Positions 11,401 through 13,980 of a stretch of 13,980 nucleotides of DNA are shown here, one piece after another. The notes under the pieces are model-generated. The model made no database searches. It was not told the DNA's origin and saw only the letters and a program-made list of their open reading frames with translations. This DNA comes from Promethearchaeota archaeon (GTDB taxonomy: Archaea > Asgardarchaeota > Lokiarchaeia > Sigyniarchaeales > SOKP01), in NCBI GenBank assembly GCA_048938895.1, contig JBHLLU010000081.1, positions 1 through 13,980 of the forward strand. The letters are read 5' to 3'. The translations under genes and the position numbers were made by a program. Numbering within the stretch: the stretch's first letter is position 1; each line of letters opens with the position of its first letter.

Positions 11401-13980
11401 GTATGAATTTAATAATGGAGCCTGGAATGAACTTGGTTTAAATGTTTCTGACAATACATGGTACCATATATCAATTGCTTTTGAATGCACTTCAGGTAGT
11501 TATAGAGGATTAGAGCAGTACTCTTGGTTAATATATATTAATGAGATTTACTATGGAAATTTTACATTCGAACATCAAGGATTTGAGATTGATGAGGTGT
11601 GGTTTAAAACAGGACCATTATTTAACTATATGAGTTATATTGATGCTATAAGTTTCTCATGGGATAGAAAATATGTAGTTGGAGAGAATTTGCAAGATAT
11701 TACAGAAGGATTTGATGAATTCACAATTGAGATTCCAGATATTGGAATAATTTATGATGCGGAATTAAGATTAAAGATTGAATCTGAAGGTATTCCAACT
11801 GGTTCAGGTACGATCATAATTGAACTTGCTAAAGAGGATATCAATACAAAAATCAAGGATGTTTTCTTAATTGCTAACATTGAACATTTTACCAATACAG
11901 AGATTTTTTCATTCAAAAGAACTTTTGATCTTTCTCTCTACATCGATTATGGGATGATAAATAGGTACTTCGGAAAATACCGTTTAAATGTAAAAGTATT
12001 CAGCACACAATACTCAGATATTTTTAATATTACAGAATTTATCCTCAGTACTGATACTTTTGTTCAAGCAGGATCAAGTGATACAGAAGCATGGATTACA
12101 GATCCGGGGAAGAGAGATACGGATGGGGATGGTTTGACTGATTATTGGGAGATATATGGAAGGAAAGAGGCGGGCTATGAACCTACCAATCCTTTAAGCG
12201 AAGATACAGACGGAGATGGTACTACAGATTTCTATGATCGAGATCCTCTCCGTGATCTTATTCTTGAAATAACTCCTATATATGGCTTTCATAATGGAGT
12301 AAATGATTTATATACTAACCATCCCGTTTTGGAAATAACTATCTCTTTTAGTTCTGGCGGACAGGTTTATTCTTTTTATTCTGTAAAAAAGCGTGCTCAT
12401 GAGAATCCAAAAACTGTAGGATGGTGGATATTCTCTAGAACACTATATCGAACAGCTTATTTCGACGGAACTCATGGTTCCTATGAATGTCATTATTATG
12501 CAAATATAGAAGATCACTGGTTTTCTAGTCCGATAAAAATTAATCTTGCACTCTGGGAAATGGATATTGGATTTCTTCTAACCTGGGATGATCTTCTTCT
12601 GTCAGCTACTAGGAATTATGATGTTGGGCTTCCTGGGAATACACAAATATTTGAAATAGGATTTGGTCATCGTATGGCAGTCCAATTCAAAACTATTGCT
12701 CTCAATAAAACAAATACTATAGCCATATATGATGAAGCAACAGTCTTTAATGACCATTATCAAACAAAAGAACGGTTTAACATAATTCAACTATATGTAA
12801 AAGATGGTTTCTGGCCTCTTTTATGGACTCCGTTTGTTAGAGGCGCTAACACCATTGTAATACCTACATCACTCTTTAAAGAAACATTATTAAACAAGTA
12901 TGTTCAGGATGAAAGAATAGAAGAAACACCATTATATCATGAAAGTAACGAAGATTATTACCAATTCATTTCTGTGGATAGAGAGGGGACAACTAAAGAA
13001 GCGTGTGGTGATCTTGATTTTATATTTGTAAGATTTGAAGTAACTGCAGCGGAAGCTGTCGAGATTCTACATTTATTACTTACGTGTATCATAAATGAAA
13101 CTACTAATGAAACTGCTCTCAAATATAAGTTCGCTTCAACAAAACGAAATGGATTCTCTCCTGTAATGATGAATCTCCCCTTAGATGCATTGAGCTTCAT
13201 TCCTTGGAAATTCGAATTCCAAAATTCTCAACAAGGAGACCAACCTAGAGATTTCTGGCAATCTCTTGCTGATGCAGTTGTTGCAGTTGGTGAATTTATC
13301 GTAGGTGTATTTGTTGCAATTGGAGAATTCTTTCTTGCTATTTGGGATGGCATTGTTAGTCTTGTTTTTGGGACAATATTGCTAGCAATATTGGAGTTTC
13401 TTGCTTATATACTATGGTGTTTGATACGAGCTGCGCTTCTAATACTAATTTGGATTGCTTTCGGCATTACTGTACTTTTTCTAACTTTAGGAATTGCTAC
13501 GATAGCAGTAGCACTAATTCCAATATCACTTATTTTTGGGGCATCAATGTATTATACTATTAATAGTGTGGGGATTGATTTTCCTGGATTTTCATTTGCT
13601 ACTGGTTATGATACGGGAATTGATAATTATGAAGCATTTGATATACCTGTGCCTTATATAAATGGGTGGTTTGCTCTGGGTGGTAATCGAATTATTGATG
13701 TTACTATTAAATTTTGGCCACCAGAATTCGAATTTAATTCAACAGGGTCTTCTTATAAAGATGAGGAAGCTTCTGAGGGCTTAAACGCTCCCATAGATTT
13801 TGATTCTTTAAAAACTTCAGCTGCCTTAGATTGGGATGTATTTAAATCTGCGGTTCCAATGCTTTCTAAAGGTTATAGCGCCTCCCGTAATTGGTGGACA
13901 ATTGCTGTTCCTTTTGGTATTGCTGCAATTACACTTCCTTCAGAGGTACCAACTCTTGCTGTAGCAAAATACGCAACATT
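2426..13980 (+). CDS. Giant (at least 3851 aa, runs off the 3' edge) secreted multidomain surface protein: PKD/Ig, 6x LamG-like, beta-propeller, TSP3-like, C2-like, long hydrophobic segment
   Basis: Manual translation of frame +2 begins MEQDKLFKSEKNRYILAIFSLYLILSAFLIGCKDVWGQPQINNF and has no stop through ...PTLAVAKYAT at 13978. There is an SD upstream and a signal-peptide-like N-terminus. PKD motifs include INFGDG, WQFGDG, WIFGDG and HAW..AGTY.VT. Internal repeats are coherent throughout. The exact function is unknown. Confidence 0.95.
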   Translation, partial: MEQDKLFKSEKNRYILAIFSLYLILSAFLIGCKDVWGQPQINNFTASRNPVDVGEDIQFEWEITGYQQVLINFGDGTPLDVTGETNIIHSYSLEGRYDVIITAIDSSGDSTNRIINMVVENNAPSFSFAFDVENNIAYEDESVNISVVDMIESDFDKVPGVLTYIYDFAEGTESQVLTNQSSVIHAWSNAGTYPVTISVVDDQGALSQQTKDIKIINQAPSAEISIAVDEDYGEATNKYIATYNWQNAIIDSIPNGWTIYSLEGLNPPLTSVSIVESGDEAHDKVLRLNDNSHQKGISIGNTFEGQDYGTVEFWVRSSDISSKTWALSLWDDTDMALQVLVDDMNWQYTTNTNYYSIYSSFNAEADLWYHVRIDFCIDNSSGNYYNLTSQQFRITVNDLESSIFTIDNVDITKINTLKLETSIRDTGTSWIDAIGYSWDPYYQVGDNRNPVITYSDKVVFLMNAINIVESESDMDSLRYFWQFGDGTCSFGKYVQHQYGAPGFYKIVLMVKDDNGEIDIAQDYLSVNNMNPTIDINSIEDPITVYEGQTIGFNADVIDDASDMASLEYFWNFEFDDPIFDPNNLDEFEYGGWKKSHIYSDDYTGDIYTVVRDPDNYTSYSSVGVNVLNVDPTLSIWDASIVADCSVLISRSSEEIDADFTIALLGNNEPILYKNFSFTESNNNFIYFTKELVSLSLSKYWQLVIKSSIDIPEYSWFKYDLILLMQNGETLILSSDKLYGGSDGYWEVVLNPYFYDSTNHNFRYPVTFHTHVWDPSTDDITLSLSYDAHFLLNLNSSTSLPGGYSSTKYYTFNDVDYRIIVYEQAGSNYANISINQLVAMELYDENNFPVALNLNFTIDPLLNLTSFFNIIETDFPLSNIALKDCLEAEHCLSANIFDDDGGSDALTIKFNTMSSIAIENLCPKLIPNIPILSSETRNITIYAQVWDYDENLELMNAFLLCPIDYSNTTIIDELVCDYINTSNKLPIDTHRFIESNNGTFYIVDSTNPGVLLKSINEGNTWNSILTLGGGYEIAAMWYDRNMEVIYLACSNDIKVQIIKHRLYDDYSTYSSERYGGNLEALDLALIDTMLYVGYGNSSGNDAYMVFGALDTNTMSWMGTYSLYMGTFNDRQYKISSFVTNNTQIYYLWQWVNENVELWFYNVSDHTFTNLNSDSRIESLLTNTDLLERPYRGLTHDGAEIISVLLKNTEYTEKGHYPATMSFKNDDVPNEPDCFEEIGTAGGTVNVISELDGHKKVLKIFDNSLDLKNAYVIKELSSTPNNGTVEYWMWSDNTWKINVFRLDNGNDASTLVRMRTLFNVLQYYNGTSWKNIRWIQNNTWYHFRVDFECSTDGYQGLSQYSWCLYVNGIKYGPFPFETIQPQAYQIAWYTSALLLMGFYSYCIDAIGFSWDPDYITGDNINPTDPGHFPATYSFRYDDPPNEPDTFEVVGTAGGTVNVRSMIDGHKDVVELYDNHTGLQNARVIKELDIFPDHGTLEYWMRSDDASKLCGFRLDNGAVANSLVRLRTLFNVLQYNNGTNWKNVAFIQNNTWYHLRIDFECTSGGYRGLSQYTWRLFINSINYGVFPFENNEAQASQTVWNTDNSLLGFAYYYYYIDAIGFSWDPDYMVGDNINPTEPGHYPATYSFENDFLPNEPDSFEEIGTVGGTVNVINVLDGHKKILQLFDNNSLLAKAYVIKELSSTPTNGTIEYWMRSTDVFKVCGFRLDNGSEGGSLVKIRTLFNVLQYEDGEGWHNIRFMEKNRWYHFRIEFECTDGDYKGLSQYSWRLFVDGIKYGDFDFTNNVTQGSRIEWHTGSLIGSGYYFYYIDAIGFSWDPEYEIGDNLFMESKYYYCTYSVSSNTLIRYRQNEQLALMLNRNTAPGNSEKAFSIGDKIYQTGAGGMITLSSTPLFNSSKIRAISDNYLFTDDGKVYKLFSPYFTGDCSVEFFDGLGSGIYEGELSNNLEFSTRHFTIYEGILNFVGEEFYLITMKADDGFKVTKSGGLLSFDLTMPFATIRDFPNETVESEEIQLMADISVFGQEDPDPQVYNLKWIFGDGSYSYIQNPRHAWTSAGTYNVTLLLVDCYGNKFITNKTIEIKEQAPEINGPFYFQGVEEQGIILDIGIYDSIIDEQYLSYSWYNDIGTEILDFKNNSKPILVLNDGEYNYTLKVEDKGGNIATANITVYVEDVPPILFVTNYGYYGTFGGMMKLNAYVLDNANDIDNMEFEWILNHGTNSSIYNTLNTGICNTLTFENYMKPTVCLGQIKVNDSLSGKSSVASFTITNLIDSNRNNIPDDYEWMIEECGWVFNISITYQDDDLDNLINFYETNVSYTNPYDPDTDNDGLYDGYDIYGFGERPFKTDPNNPDTDGDLLDDSTEVFGWSINSELLGDITVTSDPLKNDTDGEGLLDNIEFEKGTDPRNRDTDNEGLNDFLDPYPLKRDKDEDGLNDFFEFLLGTELNVADTDGDSLSDGQEVLGWGFRTNPLSRDSDHDFLLDAEEVNSYQFKLEERTDLSTPVYLWFNKFMGKALSAQLAICIVFGEVSTEGEGYGIADVPDVEVTVTKMSANLELYKGCTNGSRYFSEVIDIREKIEEKSLNYWGGYKVSINDTTAGCLLEQFEIGVTGYLNPNNPDFDRDKIMDGVEKDLLVNGTSQIDFNEVYLNNNFTTHYSSEDLALMHYSATNSFENDTIGADPGWFEYVNENGGSVQVIKELGGHSEVLELHDESTGYNQNAYVLKTISRNSGTIEYWMRFNATTKLCGFRLDNGDISNELITIRAFNNFFQLFDGTSFQNIIPIQNNTWYHIRVDFECTSGQYRGLSQYTMRLLINGITIGVFPFVNNEAQASRIEWYTDRYSSVPEHYYFIDAIGLSWDSNYKVGDNFIGENGSYFLEPGNFPGTYSFEQIPIGGQPSAWVINETGGNLQVIEELDGHKSIVEMNQTTSVSAVSMTRGLIIPHQSGTIEWWWRTTNASHITEFGIGNTSVNFLRLRINNNKYEFNNGAWNELGLNVSDNTWYHISIAFECTSGSYRGLEQYSWLIYINEIYYGNFTFEHQGFEIDEVWFKTGPLFNYMSYIDAISFSWDRKYVVGENLQDITEGFDEFTIEIPDIGIIYDAELRLKIESEGIPTGSGTIIIELAKEDINTKIKDVFLIANIEHFTNTEIFSFKRTFDLSLYIDYGMINRYFGKYRLNVKVFSTQYSDIFNITEFILSTDTFVQAGSSDTEAWITDPGKRDTDGDGLTDYWEIYGRKEAGYEPTNPLSEDTDGDGTTDFYDRDPLRDLILEITPIYGFHNGVNDLYTNHPVLEITISFSSGGQVYSFYSVKKRAHENPKTVGWWIFSRTLYRTAYFDGTHGSYECHYYANIEDHWFSSPIKINLALWEMDIGFLLTWDDLLLSATRNYDVGLPGNTQIFEIGFGHRMAVQFKTIALNKTNTIAIYDEATVFNDHYQTKERFNIIQLYVKDGFWPLLWTPFVRGANTIVIPTSLFKETLLNKYVQDERIEETPLYHESNEDYYQFISVDREGTTKEACGDLDFIFVRFEVTAAEAVEILHLLLTCIINETTNETALKYKFASTKRNGFSPVMMNLPLDALSFIPWKFEFQNSQQGDQPRDFWQSLADAVVAVGEFIVGVFVAIGEFFLAIWDGIVSLVFGTILLAILEFLAYILWCLIRAALLILIWIAFGITVLFLTLGIATIAVALIPISLIFGASMYYTINSVGIDFPGFSFATGYDTGIDNYEAFDIPVPYINGWFALGGNRIIDVTIKFWPPEFEFNSTGSSYKDEEASEGLNAPIDFDSLKTSAALDWDVFKSAVPMLSKGYSASRNWWTIAVPFGIAAITLPSEVPTLAVAKYAT
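2537..4306 (+). repeat. N-terminal cluster of four PKD/Ig-like domains in gene 2 (the third is interrupted by a LamG-like insert)
   Basis: Motifs INFGDG..HSY...GRYDVIITAID, YDFAEG..HAWSNAGTYPVTISVVDDQG, YFWQFGDG..HQY..PGFYKIVLMVKDDNG and YFWNF..SHIYSDD..VVRD, joined by N-x-x-P linkers (NNAP, NQAP, NMNP, NVDP). Confidence 0.8.
3134..3775 (+). repeat. LamG/ConA-like repeat copy 1 (most diverged)
   Basis: YIATYNW...HDKVLRLNDN...GTVEFWVRS...WYHVRIDF...IDAIGYSWDPYYQVGDN. Confidence 0.75.
5372..8225 (+). other. Probable beta-propeller with an Asp-box/BNR motif, interrupted by three LamG-like repeats
   Basis: SINEGNTW (5462-5485) fits the Asp-box S-x-D/N-x-G-x-T-W. Blade-like strands include MWYDRNMEVIYLA, DLALIDTMLYVG, FVTNNTQIYYLW and RGLTHDGAEIISVL, and they resume after 7950 (KYYYCTYSVSSNTL, IRAISDNYLFTDDGKVYKL). 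Confidence 0.55.
6062..7948 (+). repeat. Three tandem LamG/ConA-like repeats (copies 2-4; starts at 6062, 6695, 7331; periods 633 and 636 nt)
   Basis: Each copy reads GH(Y/F)PAT.SF...PNEPD.FE..GT.GGTVNV...DGHK.....DN...GT.EYWM.S...FRLDNG...RTLFNVLQY...N.WYH.R..FEC...Y.GLSQY.W...IDAIGFSWDP.Y..GDN. The similarity is also visible at the DNA level. Confidence 0.92.
8441..9271 (+). repeat. Second cluster of three PKD/Ig-like domains
   Basis: KWIFGDGSYSYIQNPRHAWTSAGTYNVTLLLVD; EQAP...LSYSW...GEYNYTLKVEDKGGN; DVPP...MEFEWIL...IKVND. Confidence 0.75.
9275..9916 (+). repeat. Nine TSP3-like (DxDxDG..D..E) calcium-binding motifs
   Basis: DSNRNNIPDDYE, DDDLDNLINFYE, DTDNDGLYDG, DTDGDLLDDSTE, DTDGEGLLDNIE, DTDNEGLND, DKDEDGLNDFFE, DTDGDSLSDGQE and DSDHDFLLDAEE, mostly preceded by T(D/N)P. 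Confidence 0.85.
10448..11692 (+). repeat. Two further LamG/ConA-like repeats (copy 5 ~10448-11062, copy 6 ~11096-11692)
   Basis: HYSATNSFEND...GTIEYWMR...NNTWYHIRVDFECTSG...IDAIGLSWDSNYKVGDN and GNFPGTYSFE...GTIEWWWR...NTWYHISIAFECTSG...IDAISFSWDRKYVVGEN. Confidence 0.88.
12098..12250 (+). repeat. Two distal TSP3-like motifs (one more at 10313-10348)
   Basis: TDPGKRDTDGDGLTDYWE and TNPLSEDTDGDGTTDFYDRDPL, plus NPNNPDFDRDKIMDGVE near 10298. Confidence 0.8.
13253..13540 (+). other. ~96-aa highly hydrophobic, probably helical membrane-interacting segment of gene 2
   Basis: FWQSLADAVVAVGEFIVGVFVAIGEFFLAIWDGIVSLVFGTILLAILEFLAYILWCLIRAALLILIWIAFGITVLFLTLGIATIAVALIPISLIFG contains only six charged residues (D, E, E, D, E, R). 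Confidence 0.85.

Noticed and set aside
3134-11692. Inserted modules as inteins
   Set aside because: There is no N-terminal Cys/Ser block or C-terminal His-Asn followed by Cys/Ser/Thr at the junctions, and no LAGLIDADG motifs. The inserts look like beta-sandwich binding domains.
4906-13200. Short minus-strand ORFs (4906, 6447, 7498, 8412, 9469, 11185, 12602, 12958) and the plus-strand ORF 7302..7490
   Set aside because: All lie within the giant frame +2 gene. Their composition, e.g. the Ser/Pro-rich 9469..9744 opposite the Asp-Gly repeats, is explained as antisense or frame shadows.
2426-13980. Alternative genetic code, frameshift or pseudogene as the reason the ORF track is empty here
   Set aside because: The frame reads through in the standard code without stops. 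It is missing only because its stop codon lies beyond the window.

Overview
AT-rich window (roughly one-third GC by eye) containing a two-gene, same-strand unit of predicted cell-surface proteins. Gene 1 (202..2439, 745 aa) has an N-terminal hydrophobic leader, a 7-bladed SBBP-type beta-propeller, three FN3/Ig-like repeats and a C-terminal membrane anchor. Gene 2 is missing from the supplied ORF track because it has no stop codon in the window. I translated frame +2 by hand from ATG 2426 (AGGAGG at 2411-2416, 14-nt overlap with gene 1) and found no stop through 13978, so it encodes at least 3851 aa. Its order is: signal peptide/lipobox, PKD/Ig-like domains, six ~200-212 aa LamG/ConA-like repeats, an Asp-box beta-propeller, 12 TSP3-like Ca-binding motifs, two P-domain-like jelly rolls, a C2-like domain, an unassigned ~180 aa domain, then a ~96-aa extremely hydrophobic segment followed by more sequence. 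Several domains appear to be inserted inside other domains. Composition, sequon density and domain style suggest an archaeon, probably Asgard (Lokiarchaeia); this comes from recollection, not a search. All other ORFs in the track are shadows. I saw no RNA genes, CRISPR arrays or mobile elements. All domain calls are by-eye motif recognition.
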